64,000 nt of DNA from Convolutriloba macropyga (Eukaryota), in assembly GCF_964194025.1 (NCBI RefSeq), contig NC_134468.1, forward strand, positions 68,448,001 to 68,512,000, given 5' to 3'. Below are positions 35,579-50,292 of the stretch, piece after piece (position 1 is the stretch's first letter; each line of letters begins with the position of its first letter). Made by a program: the position numbers and the translations under genes. The notes below the pieces were generated by a model. The model saw only the letters and a program-made list of their open reading frames with translations. It searched no databases and was not told the origin of the DNA.

Positions 35579-37512
35579 GATGAAATCTAGTTATTGCAAC
35601 AATTGTTGCTTATTGGAAAAGAAACTGAATCAATTGATTCTATTGGTAATGAAGTAATTTCAATTGTTCCAACGCTAAACTTCCAGTCCACCTCCAATAT
35701 TTGGTTTTAAAATTGAATCGATCAACATGTTAACAAATAGAAGAAATATGGAATATTTGAGATGAGAAGAAGCAAAAACCTTATAGTGAGAAGGAAAGAA
35801 TTTTTTTCAACTCTATATTCTGTTAATTGATTCTGATCCTTCACGTCAACTTAAAATTTTATCATTTTGTTGGTCTCTAGCAGATTATTTATTTTACTCA
35901 ACACACGTCATAAAAATAAAGATAACACCATTATATTTTCGCTTTAATGGAAATAAAAAGATACTCAAATCCGAAAAAGTTTTCGGAAAAATATGAAATC
36001 AAATTTTTCTTGTGAACGGTTGCGCAAACTTAAGCTATACATTGTGGAAATTCTTATTTGCAATTTTTGATCGTTTTTGCTTATATAAAATAAAATGAAA
36101 GAGTTGGTTCTTCGAGGACATTGAAAAAACGACAACAAGAAAGGCAACCAAAACAGCAGAGCACCAATAAAATTTATTTTTTCAAACGCTTTACTTCAAA
36201 AATAAACTGACTTTGATTATTATACAGCACATTTTTTTTCATTTTAATTAGCAGTCCGAGTTATTGAAGTTTCTACATGACGTTTTTTTTGCTAAAAATA
36301 TATATAAAAACTGTTAATTTTTTATTGAGTTAGGAAGAAGTTTTTACTTCATTGGTGCAATACACTGGCGAAAACCCAGTCCATCAGTATATTGAGGGTT
36401 GTCTACGACTATGATTAGCCGAAATGATCATATGCGGAACTTGTAACAAGAGCACCAAAACTAATATTTTTGATGGTCACTTGTTTATCGGTGACTTTTT
36501 TTGCAAAATAATCTGGAACAGCATGTCTTATTGACAGATATTTTCATCAGTTATGCATTTTTCTAATGAGATAGAATTTATATGAGAAGAAATCAGTCAT
36601 TTGTTTGATTGCTACTTCAATATTCTAAACTGATTGCTAACTATTTTTTACAAACTACTGTTAGTGTTTGTTTAAAACAATTTTTCTGCGCGACTGATTG
36701 CTCTTGCTGAACTGCATTTTTCTCAGGAGCTGATGTATGTTCCAAACTAATTGACAGTGCATGGGATTTATTATCTATTAGAATCATAATGAAATGAGGG
36801 TTCTGATTTTTATCTGTTTCCATACTGAAAAAAGTTGTAATCATGGCTGCTCCAAAAAAATTGCACCTATTTGAGTTTTGCAAAACTGGTAGTCGAAACA
36901 ACTTCGCCTCTCGGAACAATTTTTTTCGAAAACTTCAGGCTTATATTGGAACATTCTGTGATTTGCGCAGTCTCGCGCGAGCCGTCTTGTTTTTTATCTG
37001 GTTTTATTAAACAAAAGTTAGTGACGTTTGTGGAAATTACTATCTTTTACAGCAGCGAGAACAGAGGAAATGGGTTTTTCTCTTAGATACTGGCGAGGAA
37101 ATTTCCCTCATTTTGTTCATTGTGATTATGTGATTGTGACAATTTCTTCACTGATTGACAATGGAAGTATTAACTTTTGTAATAAGGTGCTTAATGTAAA
37201 GTTGCAGCCATTCAAAAGCACGTCATAGGACCATTATCACTTATTCCTCGTTTTGATCGGGTATCATCATAAATTCGCTACCCAATGAAATGCAATTTTT
37301 ATCTGTGAGCTGTAAAGTGTTTTTGACCACATTTTTTCAATTGAGCACTTTTAACAATGGTTCAAATGAAAAAAGGGTTTTCTGTGTTGATAAGACGGCT
37401 GTTCCATTTGTTTTAGTAGGAACCTGTAAATAAATAATAGTTTAAATAACTTCAATGATTCAACAGTTTTGAACTAAATTTTCGATTGAGAGAAAACGAA
37501 AGATATAAACAG

Positions 37513-38342
37513 CTTCCGCTGACATGACTTTCGAACGCAGCGTGATGACATTCGTGCACGAAATAGTTCATCAATGGATGGGGGGTTTAATCGTGAACGA
37601 ATGGTGGTCCGACTTCTGGATCAATGAAGGCCCAACTTGTTACTTCAACATTCAAATTATTCGAAAACTTGTCAAGTTACAAATCATTCCAGATTTGAAT
37701 TATGATTTCATTTCAAACGATTCACTTGACCAATCAGAGCTCAAAATAGTTGCAGAGCAGAAAAAATCATTGGCTAAAGATGGTTTTGACTTTCATGGAT
37801 TTTCTAGAAGTTTTTACACACATTCGTTGCAAGCTACAGAACTTTTAGATACAGCTATGAATTACACGCTTATGCCATGTCTTGGCCTTATACTGAAAAA
37901 GAAGCAATTTTCGTCCGTTTCTGTTAAAAATTTACTCGACGAACTTACAAGTTGTCCATTAAGTAGTTTAAACGCAACAAGTTTTATGCATTTTTGGCTG
38001 TACGATAATCGGGTTCTAATTGTAAAGCTCGAAATTTCCTCAAAACCCCCCTCAAAGTTTGAACGCTCTGATAATTACTACAGCATCAAGGTTTCTTTTG
38101 ATTTCTTGTGCCCTGAAAAAAGTTCGAACAATTGTACGAAAAAGATTGAACCCGGATTCGAACCCCATTTCGCGTTAACTTTATATAGTCAAAATGGCTC
38201 TATATTACAACCACCGATTTTAATTGCAAGCAACAATACAAATGTCGGGCTCAAATTTAACCCCGAAAACGTTGAATTCGTGGCAAATGCGCATTATAAA
38301 GCTCGTATTTTAGTAGAACAGCCAAAATTTGTTAACAGCTGA
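37513..38342 (+). CDS. M1 family (aminopeptidase N-like) zinc metallopeptidase, catalytic-domain exon; partial or possibly a pseudogene
   Basis: HEIVH-x18-E motif (HEIVHQWMGGLIVNEWWSDFWINEG). FSRSFY sits where the catalytic Tyr is expected. There is an in-frame stop at 37506 and a candidate acceptor cAG at 37510-37512. No GAMEN-containing exon was found. Confidence 0.82.
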
Positions 38343-39452
38343 AACGATTACAGGACACTCAGATAAAGACACGTCTTAAAAATTTCAAAAGCCGCTCACT
38401 GCAAATATTTATAAACGTGCTTCCATGTTCGTGGCTTATGAGACTAGGACTTTTTGTTCGCGGGACAATGGAGGTAGTACAGGTTCGAGGGGATTGAAAT
38501 TGGGATGATCATCTAACACAATACACCTAAAAGTGTCTATGATTTTTAAATCTGTTCTTATTAATACTGTTTGTTAATAGTTAGATAAAGAGCTGCTCAT
38601 TTTATATTTGAAGTTAGTTAGTTTAGATCTGAAACGAAATTTTCGGACGTCTCTCTTAAGATTTATCTCCCGTTCTATTTGAAATGGGCGCTAAATTGAC
38701 AGTTTTTTATTTATTAAACAGTTTGTAGCATAGTTGTAATGAACTGCCAATAATAACTTGTTCACGCACTGCTACATTGCTACATCGATATTTAAAGAAT
38801 TTCGAATATTCAACCAAGACAATCTAAAGTACACTTTATATCTGGAAGGTACACTTTATATCTGTTTGTAGTCTATTTAACGAAATAAGTTCATATCAAA
38901 TGTAATCCATGTTTGCATAAAATATGTGCTATATTCACGACAAGGTCAATATTACGTCGACTGTTTTTGTATATAGTGCAAAATTGATCACGTGACCTGA
39001 TACGCCTTCATGTAAAGGTCGCCGTGTGAACAAAGCTAAGCTTAGATTGTAATTTGATCACGTTATAGTATTACCAGAAGTTTTTGTATCTTTAAATCAT
39101 GCGCTTAACATATAAAAACAGAAAAAAACGAAACTAGTTGAATCGAACAAAAAAGAAGGTTGGCTATAGTCCATTCCAATAATTTTCTGACCTGCCGAAT
39201 GAAAAAAAAAACCAAGACTTGAAGATAAAAAAAATTTTCTTAGAACGCATGCTGAGATGAGTATTCGAACGTTTTGCTCCCCCGAAAGAAGAAGCTGACT
39301 ATTAACTATATATAATAGTTTTGAGGTCTGCATACTGTAAAATTGATCTTTACTTATTTCGTGAAAAAAACGAGTTGGAAAAAGGTATAATCTACTTTTT
39401 TTCAGAAGTTACTTGTTTTACAGCTTCGAAAATTCTATCTAAGGATTTAAAG

Positions 39453-40263
39453 ATCATTACGATGCAGAGGTATACCCAAATCGTCACGGGCAGATATGCC
39501 CGATGCGTGTATCTCGTGTTCGTTTTTACTATGTTAATACATCGAAAGTGGAACAATATTGCGGAAAATAGCTACTTTAGCAGAAACCGGCAAAATGGAA
39601 GGGAATAGCGTATCCCGTGTTCGCAAAAGTGTCCTAATTTTAGCCGCGAAATACAAGTAAAAACTTAATAAACTATTTTTCGCGCGAGTTATATCACGCA
39701 TCCGCTCCATTTATGTATCGATTTTTCGCACAAAATGTAGCTCGATTTCGCATACAATCCGCAATTAAGCCTATTTTAATTACTACTTATTTATTTAAGC
39801 CTAACTTATTACTATTAGTAGTGCTTTATTATTACTTTATTACTACCTATTACTACTTATTAGTACTATTTATTACTACTTTTTAAACTCGGCCAGTCCC
39901 ACATTGATATACAAAGCCTTTGATGTGCGAGGGATTTTTTGGAAAAAATCAGTTTTTGTGGTTGCATTTGTTTAAAGCACTTTAAAGCTTTGAAAGCTTT
40001 AATTAAATCTTTATTAAAGTGCTTATTGCATGCTTAAAATGCGCGCGAATAATAGATACTTAAATTGAGCGGAAACGTCCTACAAGATTTGTTACCTACT
40101 TTTCGCACCGAATGTTCTTTTATTTCGCAAAATTGGCGGAACCCGTTTTGCGAAAAGTAAGATGCAAAGGATGTTTCCTAATTTCGTTCATTGTATGTAT
40201 CTAATTTTCGAGCCAATTTTACTAAGGCGGAAATTTTGGGTTATACCTCTGCGTCGTAATGAT
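39453..40263. mobile_element. 811-bp non-autonomous DNA transposon (MITE) with ~28-bp TIRs
   Basis: ATCATTACGAtGCAGAGGTATACCCAAA (39453-39480) is the inverted complement of TTTGGGTTATACCTCTGCGTCGTAATGAT (40235-40263). Internal (TACTTAT/TTA)n low-complexity tract at 39775-39880. No clear TSD. Confidence 0.82.
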
Positions 40264-40827
40264 AATATCTGACAAACATATGTCCCTCACGTATCTAAAC
40301 ACATTTGACAATTAAAAAATTGTTCCCCGAGACCAAATGCGTGGAAAAATGAATGAAACTTTTACTATTTGAGTCCAATTTGAAACTATATTTAAAAACC
40401 TGCAAAATTTTGGCGGACCAAATGATCAAAGTGTTTAATTTAATTTTATAAATGAAATAGGAAACAGAAGCAGGCTCAAAACAAGCATAAATTCGACTTT
40501 TAGTGTTGCTGAGTTTTTAAGTTCAAATAGCCATAATAACTTGTACAAACAAATGAAAGCTGAATTTTTTAAAAAATTTAATCAGGATGCAACAAAACAA
40601 ACGCAAAAAAAACAAACGGCGTGTAAATTAGCATCAACTTATTCAAAAAATTGTTGTTTATATAAACAGAAGGAAAGAAGAACAATCCACCTTTCTATAA
40701 AACAATCAATTTTAAAAACTCTACCAAAGACGTCATTAACTACCCACCTAGATAATTCTATAATATTGTCATTCCTACCAGGATTGAAAAATAAATTTTA
40801 TCACTTTGCTCAAACAGACAATTAGAG

Positions 40828-41075
40828 CTATTTTTTCTGTTCGACAGACCAGAGAAAGTAAGAAATAAAATTTGAATAAAGCTCTGTAAAATATTTTTAT
40901 TTTTTTCTGTTCGACAGACTAGAGAAAATAAGAAAAAAAATGATTAAAGTTCTTAAAGATGTTTTTTTTCATTTGTTTGCTGTGTCGAAAGTTTGTCGAC
41001 AGTTTTTCTGTCTGTCGAATATTTTTCTGCTCGACAGACTAGAGAAAATAAGAAAAAATATTTGAATAAAGCTTT
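40828..41075. repeat. Short direct-repeat cluster (3 copies)
   Basis: ttttctg(t/c)tcgacagac(c/t)agagaaa(g/a)taagaaa occurs at ~40833, ~40903 and ~41023, with inverted tgtcga units in between. Confidence 0.8.
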
Positions 41076-41899
41076 TAAAAATGTTATTATTTTTTTCATT
41101 TGTTTGTTGTGTTAGAGGACGATTCAGGTAAAACAGGCGATTCTATAGTTCATTTCATTTTTCTGAAACAAAATTTTGACAGTTTTTTCAACTACCAGAT
41201 AATTTGTTATGAGCTCTGCAATGATTTTGGTAACTCTACGCGGAAGATGTCGATTGGTGCGAAATTTCCAAGTAAATCTTTTACCCGCAGCTAGGGTATA
41301 GCGCCCTCAAACATTAAGTTTTGGTTAAAACTAAACTTTTCCTAAACTATAATTTTGCTTGTGGTTAAATGCGTAGACTACCTGACAAGAAAACTATTTT
41401 ACGCGTTTATTTTATGTTATTAATTCGGAAGCTCCTTTTTGGTTAGATATTATTGTTTTGGGCAATAGGTCCTTAAAATACACATGGTTAACTTCGAATT
41501 GGAAGTCACAATATTAACCAACCCAATTTGATGTGCTCGGTAATGATCAGACCCATCCAAAAAAAGATTAAATATGATAAAATTTTAACTGGTTTGACAA
41601 ACTTTGTTTTTGTATAGTTTTTGTACAAATTCATCCAGACAATACTTATCCATAATCACAACCATCGAAATGAAAACCCGCCATGATCTGGTTTTTACTA
41701 ATTTTTAATTTTTTTCTCGTTTTCCCCTCGTTTTTTTTCGAATCTTTTGGAAACAAAATAATTTTTTCAACATAATCACCTGAAAATTTGTATAAATTCG
41801 CCTTTTTGAAGTAAAATGAAATTGCTAAACAAATTTTTTTTAGTCCAGAAAATTATTCCCCTGCATTGCGCGATATAGACTAATATATTGCTTCGTCAA

Positions 41900-43080
41900 C
41901 CTTTTGATTGGCAGAGTACCACCCCTGTGCGCAGTTGAATAAATGGTCAATCTCTTTGAAAGCGTGGCAGCGTTTTTGAAAGATGTTACGAGCTCTTTGC
42001 TTTAATAGTAGTGAAAGAAAATTTCTTTGAATTTTTTGTCAATGACATTGCTAATAATGAGACTTCAGCTCGTTAAGCGTCAGAGTATAGCTTGCAAATG
42101 ATCAACTTACATTTAGAACTATAATGTATTAAAAGCTTTAACCTTCCTCTGCATTCTTAATTGTCTGATCACTAATGAGCACCTCAACCTGGGAAATTAT
42201 TTATTATCAATAACACATTAATTAGACATTAGCAAAAGACAAGCATTAACCAGACCAAACCTAGAACAAAATTACATTACAGCATGACATGATTGAAACT
42301 AATCGTCTGCTAGACAGATCTGTCCAAAAAAGCAAAAAGGCAACAAAAAAATTAAAGCCAAGCAAACCGAGGAAAGAACAAGCTAAAAATGTTATAAATA
42401 CGTAATGATTGGGGATTGATTGATGCAATATTACATGCTACAACCTGAAACACTGCATTTTTAAAAGTTACTTTAATGCAAGAATCGTAAAAAAGTGATC
42501 ATGCATCATGCTTCAGAGTTGAAACAAAAATAAAATGTTCCTCAAACTCTAAACATCCCCATAGAAATTTTGGAAGAACTCAACTATCTAACGAAATGGA
42601 CATACGGATTGCTTTAAAATCGCTTAAAACTTCACTCTCTTTCTACAGCTCCAAAATGAACAATTGGCATAACGAAGGTTGGAGAGAGAGTTCTCAAGAC
42701 AGAAGCTTGGAAAAAGCACAGGAAACATTTTTTTCAGTCTCATTTTGGTTAGTCGATAACCAACTGTAAAATGGTCCATTGATCTTCAAAAAGCCTGGAA
42801 GCTCTGATACCACAGGATATTACAGCCATAACCACAAAAAAGCATTGTATTTGCTGCATACCTGAATGTCTAGCCGTCTTAACATCTCAAACATAGATTT
42901 TATCAATCTAACACTAATTTTTGGAAATATATCTACTATCCAATTTTTGTTCAGAGAATATGTCTCTAAACCTCCAACAGCAGTCAATATCGAGCGTTCA
43001 TTTCTTCAAAATGAAACTATTGAACACAAACTATCAAAATAGAAAAGTAATTTTCGTCACACTGCTACAAAGTAATAAAT
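41900..43080 (+). mobile_element. Possible highly decayed hAT transposase remnant
   Basis: KPPTAVNIERSF at 42968-43003 resembles the hAT dimerisation motif P.TS...ER.FS. The upstream sequence is full of stops and boundaries are uncertain. Confidence 0.3.
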
Positions 43081-43104
43081 GGAATTGATTTTCTTATGGA
43101 AATT

Positions 43105-43211
43105 TCAGATGGTGGAAATTATATTGGTTCACATGGTGGAATTTTCACATGGTGGAAATTACATTGGTTCACATGGTGGAATTTTCACATGGTGGAAATT
43201 ATATTGGTTCG
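43105..43211. repeat. 40-bp minisatellite (~2.7 copies)
   Basis: atggtggaaatta(t/c)attggttcacatggtggaattttcac is repeated in tandem. Confidence 0.92.
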
Positions 43212-46065
43212 GAAACTTTTACCAATACCATTCTCACTGTATTCAATATTTTGTTCAATAATGCTGCCCTGAAATATAATTTGCAAGCTTCTAAAAATGT
43301 AAAAATTCAACTAATTCCAAATATTTTCTTGTTTTGTTATTGAGACCCAAAACCGATTCCTGATTTTTATGTTTCAATCTTTAAATTTTAGGAAGCTTTT
43401 CTCAAAATTTATTCTAGTTTTTTTTCAAGACTCAAACTTTCTACAATTACCTAACTTACAAATCAGATATTCATGCAGTTACAAATCAGATATTCATAAA
43501 TTCTTCTCAACGTTTTGACACAAAGATTGGGTATTAACTTTTTAGCTTGATGCCATAAAAAGATTCAATGCAATGCGCTTTAACGCAGTTCCTTACAAAT
43601 TTGAAAACATTGGCTTTAATTTTTATCTTTCCTTTCTGCTCTTTCTTGCTAATTATTCGTCAAGCAGCGTGTTTTAAATATTGATGGATTTTTGTCAAAA
43701 TTAACTATCACACCATGCAGAATTCAGATTTCAAAACATTCAGCATGAATGTTTCTAGGGTTCATTGACGATTTTCTTTGTTTGAGAACTCTCTGAACTT
43801 ATTGGGTGTCAAGTTTAATTATAATCTCCACGAAATAGTTTATGCAAAAGAAAATCGGTTGGAGAAAACAAAATGAACTTAAAAGATGCTATATTTGCAA
43901 AAAAAATTTCTCCGAGATCATGATAAATGGGTAAAAAAAATGAAAAAAAAAACAAAATAGATTTAGCCTGAGAATAAAGAGAGCATTTAAAGTTCTCAAA
44001 AAGAAAGTTTGTGCCCTTGAAAAGAATTACTTCATATTCAATTTATATGAGATTAAGAATGAATTTGTTCTTGATTAGCATTTTCTTAGTCCTGGGTTTA
44101 CTACTGCAATGTTTTGTTTCTTTTTTACGAAAATGCGAGAAGATAGGAGGATTACAGAAAAAAGCATTAAAGTAAGCATTGCGAAAAAAATACTTCAGCT
44201 ATTTTAAATCTAATGAGAGTTTCCAGCAGAACAATTTGCTCCCAGAGAGTTTTTAGTTTTGAGAAGTGACTTAATCATGTCTTTTACGTTTTTTCAGTTC
44301 AAAAACAAGGATCAAAATTGGAAATTATTCGAATGTTTTTATTGTCAAACCCTAAATTGCTTGCTATTCAAAATGTTTACTTGAAAACTTCAACTTCTTG
44401 AAAAATTTGGTTTATGTAAATAATGCTAAATACGAAAACTCATACAAAACAAGTAGAAGACAATATTTGTTCGGACTTAAATTCGCCTAACAAGAAAACA
44501 GTACTTATATATGACAAGTTACATAAAAAGTTTAAAGATTGAAATTCAAAAAGCGGACTAAAACCAGCTCGCTTGCAATATAACATCGCACGGTTGTAAG
44601 CAAAATCAGAGAACATTTTCTGAAGATGAAACTGATTCCTCAAATTTTTTTATTCATCTCCACTAGCAAATTTTGATGGACATTTTATTTCCTGTGGATT
44701 CTATGTGGACAAGAACGCTGATTTACACCTCTACAAATATAAAAATCGTCATTATACTCAGTAAGTTAAAACAAAACAAACAAAAACAAAACATATTACG
44801 AACGAATCCACTAATTGGAGTTCTCTTCGCTCACCATTGCATTGAGCGCAATTTTGTTTCACAAAAATTGATCTGGTGAAAATCATGCATTTTGCTGGAA
44901 ATAGGGGTCATCAAAACCCAATATTTTATAGGATTATGCATCACAATTGAAGCATACAATTATATAGATGTACACATATCAACTACAGTTGTTTATGTGC
45001 CAACTGTCTTCTTGAAAAAATGTCATCCTTTTTCAAAACAATAAATTATGCCTCAGTTACGATCGTGACCGGCAAAGACCTTAAAATCACAAGTAAAATT
45101 TTTTAAACGCGTTTATGATTTTTCTTGTTAGGTACGGCCATATTTGATAGTGTTGCCAATCTATTCTGCCAATTTTTAAGATGAAGTGTCTTCAGACTTC
45201 TCGCTAAAAACTGTTTCAATAATTGAATTCACAAATAAAAAAAGGTGCGCTTTTAAAGGCATTATCTTTGTTTTCCAACGTTTTGTTGTTTTTTTTTTGA
45301 TTTATCAATTTATCATTTATTTTATGTTTTTATTGATAGCGTTTTGTAATTGATATGAAACTTGTAATAATTTTAGTAATTTGGACTCTTCAGCAGTTTT
45401 GCGTTTTTTCAGGCTAAAAAAGTTGCTTTTGCTCATTCTTTGTTTTATTGCATTCATTGAGTTTTAATTATACGCCAATTGATCAAAGAAATTTTCAAGT
45501 TATAATACATTTTTGTATTTTTTTGTATTGTAAAACAGTATTTCCGCTGAAAAGGACTAAAAGTCAAGAAACTACTTTACTAAATTTCATGCCTTTTCTT
45601 TATTTTTTCAAAATAAGAACCATATTTTATGCAACGCCAAACTATTTTCTTTGTAGGACAGTGCGTGATTTTTTGTGAGTAAATATTTCAAAATGGTCCT
45701 ACAAATCAATTGTACAATTATATTGTTCTATCAGAGACTGGAATTAAGCAGTTATGTGTTTAGAACTCCCTTTAACTGCTCGACAAAGTCAAATTTTCTT
45801 AGAGAATTCTTTTTTTTCCGCGTTTATTTTTCAAATTGACCTTCCAAAATATCGAGATACATCCAGAAATTTTTTGGTTTTCTAAAAATTTGGCTGTGCA
45901 CCAAAAACAATAAGCGAGCCAATTCTGTAAACTAACTCGACAAGGACATTGTAAAGGCTTTAAATTCGTTTTTGAGTAACGGTTAGGCAGTTTTGATGAG
46001 AGAATCTTCAATGTCTTTTGGCTTCAGAAACTGAACTTTTTGGTGTTTATGAAACCTATAAATAA

Positions 46066-46385
46066 GTTGAGCGTAGCTATATTGCGGTGTTCTTGGTTTT
46101 TTACAATTCAAATAATTTTGAATTGTATTGGGGCACTGTTTTTTTTAGATCGGCTCACACAGTTTCATGATTTTTGCAGTCAAATCGGAGTGATCGTGGC
46201 CAAGCCGAAACATGAATAGGAGCAAAAAACGAGGTGTTTGCACAAAAATTCGCTTCTTCTGTTCACGTGCGGCATTTTGAGTTGCGAGTTTTCTGATCGG
46301 TTTTTTCTTAATGCTTTTCCGAATCAATTTATAATCATTTCTAGGTCTAGTTTATTGTTTATTCAATAAAAATTCTTTGAAATGA
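46066..46385 (+). repeat. Second-locus copy of the dispersed repeat found in the GOGAT intron
   Basis: Direct sequence match to 11355-11900, with internal deletions. Confidence 0.8.
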
Positions 46386-46585
46386 AATTCAGGGTTTATC
46401 CCGCTGTTTTTTTCTTTAAAATGTGCAATATGTCTCAGTAATTTTTCTGTTTTCTCTACACTGGTCAACTTCGTCGTCGACTTTCATTTTCTTCTGTTTT
46501 ATGTAGTTAGCAAAGCTAAGTTCAAGGTCTTGATTACTCTATACTGTTGTGATGGTTTAGGTTATCAAGATAAGAGAAGAGAAGA

Positions 46586-46685
46586 ATGTCTGAGGGCGAG
46601 GATGGGGGTGGTGCTGGGGGCAACAACAACTACCCGGAGACAGTCGCTGAGGAAGACGAAAACAATGCGATGGCGGATGAACCAG
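46586..46685 (+). CDS. Probable first coding exon of an unidentified protein with an acidic, Gly-rich N-terminus
   Basis: GC-rich patch. ATG at 46586 gives MSEGEDGGGAGGNNNYPETVAEEDENNAMADEP, followed by donor CAG|GTTTAT at 46686 (phase 1). Confidence 0.65.
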
Positions 46686-47667
46686 GTTTATACCGAATGC
46701 AATTGATCTCTTAAAATCTCAAAACGCGCAATCCAAACGGTTGGCGTAAAATTTCTAACCCTAACCCTGAAATTTCTAGCCCTATAATTTCTAACACTAA
46801 ATTTTCTTTTGCCCTGTCTGTTGAGAATCTCTAGTATGCCGACGACCACTACATATGACTAGGCTTTGTTTCAACCACAGGCGTGGGTTGTCGGTATTAG
46901 TTTGTTCTCGACGATCATAAATCGACCTAAGATTGCAGCGTTTGACTGGCAAGGGATTTTTTTTCACCATATTGATAAGAATTGAAAAAATAATACTAAA
47001 TATATTTTCTGATAGCTCCATCTCTCTCATTGCATGACTGAGGATTTTCAAGTGTGTTAGAAAAGACACTACAATAGAGCCATCTATGAGAGAAGGGTAG
47101 CTTATATTTTACAGAAAAAAAAATTTAAATTTCCTGTCAAAATAGACGCATGCAAAGATTTTGGATCTGTCGTCTTCGGAATGTTGATTAGGCTCAACAG
47201 TGACTCTGTCGCCCTGAAGATCGATCAAGTGAAATAAACAAAAAGTTTTTAATTAGCAAAGCAAGCGCTACTTTGTTATTCGGCCCTTTCCTTTATTCCA
47301 TTCTTGTTCGCTGTTGCAATTTAGATTGTCTCAAAATATTTTATTCTCAATAAAGCCCTGAATATCAATTATTGCACTTCAGTAGAAAGAACAATCTAAG
47401 GACAATTTATAACAGTTATTGAGATAATATTAATAATACTCTATCCGTGTTTCATATCCCAATTGAATTTGAACAAAAAGCTCACAGTATCTCAACTATT
47501 CTTGCATTTACAAAATAAAATGAAGAAAATTAAACTTTCGCAACACTATAGGCGTTCCAGTTTGTCCCCCAAGATTTAAGTTCTCAAATTTTTTTGCTTT
47601 AGCTACCTCTCGACTCTCAATCAGCCAGTCTTTCTCGACCTTAATCACAAACGTTCTCAATCTCGTA

Positions 47668-47670
<3 letters not shown>

Positions 47671-47719
<49 letters not shown>

Positions 47720-47720
47720 T
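47671..47720. repeat. Compound (CT)n(GT)n microsatellite
   Basis: Directly visible in the sequence. Confidence 0.95.
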
Positions 47721-50292
47721 CACAAAAAATTCTCTATCCACACATGGGCTGCCATTTCTACGCAACCAAAACGCTTATTTCTTATGCAAAAAATACTAGT
47801 ATCAAGAGTATGCATTGCAACTTACTCTCAAAATCTGTAATGTTCCGAAAGAAGGCTTTGGTTAGTATTCAAAGAAATAGTGCTCACACATAATTTCGTT
47901 ACGCAAACGCAGACAAACGTTGTTCGACATCACAATATCACAAAAAAAACAACCCTTGAAATCTATTGTAAGCAAACCCACTCGGCTTAATTTGACATAT
48001 CAATCTCAATTTGCTTAGCAGAGAATGCAATGTTTCTTTAAAACCCCTTATCACGACATTCTCGTTATCATTATAAACTATCTTTGATCAATCATTGTCA
48101 ACTGCCTTGTGTTAATTAAATCACTAAACTTAATCCAAACTGTAGGAGAAATTCTCATTCCCAATATTAAAACCATTTCATACAGTTCCCTTGTTAAAAT
48201 GCCGAGAAAACCTGATTTCAAATGTTATTCATTTGTCATCAAAAACAATGGAGCGATTCAACCCTTTAAAACAACTATTGCAGTCGAAAATTTAACCATA
48301 AGTGCACATACCTATGATTTTCAATGCTCTAACTACCAATAAAACCTGAAAACGACCGCCAAGATACCTTCGCGTTTGTACCACGGTTGAGAACTCAAAA
48401 TGCCATATCTCTTGATCTAAGGCTCAAATTCTCCTCGGGTAAAATTATTTAGAAACTCTAGGGCAGGAACACATTGCTTCCAAAAACCCATTATTCATTG
48501 CGAACCGTTCGTATGTTCAATTTTTTGAAGGGTCGTGAATGCTTAAGACCGAAAAATCTGAGCCGGTCAAAACTGATAGGAGTGGGCGTTTCTTGGAACT
48601 GTCCTGCACCACCATTCCAAACTCATTTGGCTCGCAAACAATCGCAAATTTTGGTTTGTTCTTTTCGGGTTGTCCCGAAACATCAATTTCTGTTCGGACC
48701 CAGACTTCAAAGATACCACCAGTCAAAGGCCCTTGAAAAGTTACAGCAACCCTAAAAAAATTACAACCTTAGCACCATTATTGCGCGAACTGGTTCATTT
48801 TTTCGTCTCGATGCACCTATTTTGGATATTAAAGTGGAGTTTGATCAGGGATTCAATTCAAAATTACTTCGTATTCAGATTAGTTTAATTTTTGTAAATT
48901 AGTTTAATTTTTAAGTCCAAGCGACTTCATTTTTCGAGAAGTTACCATTTCAATTTTAGTGCTAAATGTTTTTATGCCAAAGATGTCTGTTTCCCGCAAA
49001 ATCGCTATTATACAACCTAATCTTTTCTCTTGAACACCCAATACACTATTTTGGACATATGTTGTATTGCATCCGTTCTACACCCTCATTTTGCACTTAA
49101 ACAGTAATTTTCCATTTCAAAATATCAATAACCTTCAATTCACACTAATTCCGGTGTTAATAACTCAGGGGTGGGTGAGTACTCATGCATCTTACAGGAT
49201 CAACCCTACTAGGTATGAAGAGAAACTGTGATTAATGAGAAAAGAATATGTAAACAACCTTGTTAAAAAACAGAATGCGTTCCAATTTATACGACCAGGC
49301 AAAAGGTTGAAGAGTATTGTAAATTTTGCTCCAAGCATCGGCAGGATTTGTCTTAGCAGGAACATAAAACATATTTTAAAAGAAGCACTGTTGAAACACT
49401 TAATGGAGTTGGAAGTATTCTAACTGAAAACGAACTTATTTTTAATCTCTTGAATTTGATGCAACAAGTTTTGACTAAGATTTATAGCATCCAATATACG
49501 TGGGATTGTTGTCAGGCTGACATTTAAATCAAAATCAGCGTCACCTGCTTATCTTTCTGCAGCGCTGCACCAAAAAAATTTTTTTTCATATCTTATTTAC
49601 TATTTTTGTTGTAAGAGAAATGAGTCTGGTTCTAATTTATTTTGTTGTTTTAGAAAAAATTACAGGATCATGGGAAACACACAATGTATGGCACTACAGA
49701 AAGTTAATAGACAAAACTAGTCATGTTTTTATTATTTATTGTCCTACGGGCTTGTTTTGGATTGCAAATTTTTTGTTGCTGTTTCGAACAAGCAACGAGC
49801 AATCTCTGAATTGTATTAGCTGCTACAAGTTTGAATCAAGGTGTGATAACATTCGCTTGTGATAGCTTCATATGAAGTCCCGGTCCGCTAAGACATGACT
49901 GTGGTGATTGTCAAGTAAAAAGTGTATTATAAATTATCCCGATCGGGTAAATACATGCTAATTAGTCTTTCTGTTAGTTTTAACTACACAGCTTAACATT
50001 GGTTAGTCTCGTTAGCATTTGGGAAAAAATGGGTCCACTCGTCTGCATTAATAATGTCTATATTGACTATACTTGGTCATTCGTTGACCCGGGGAGGGGG
50101 TTGGTGAGGATAAGATAATGTGAAAATATGATTTATTTGTTCAAAATTATGATTTATTTCTTCAAGATGTAGACCAAAAAAAATTTTCAAAACTTTTAAA
50201 GGCGAGCAAGAGAGTTCCAAGATTTCAATATCATTTTACCAAGCAGCGCTTAAGACACTGACCCCAATTTTTAATATAATAATTTAAATTAG

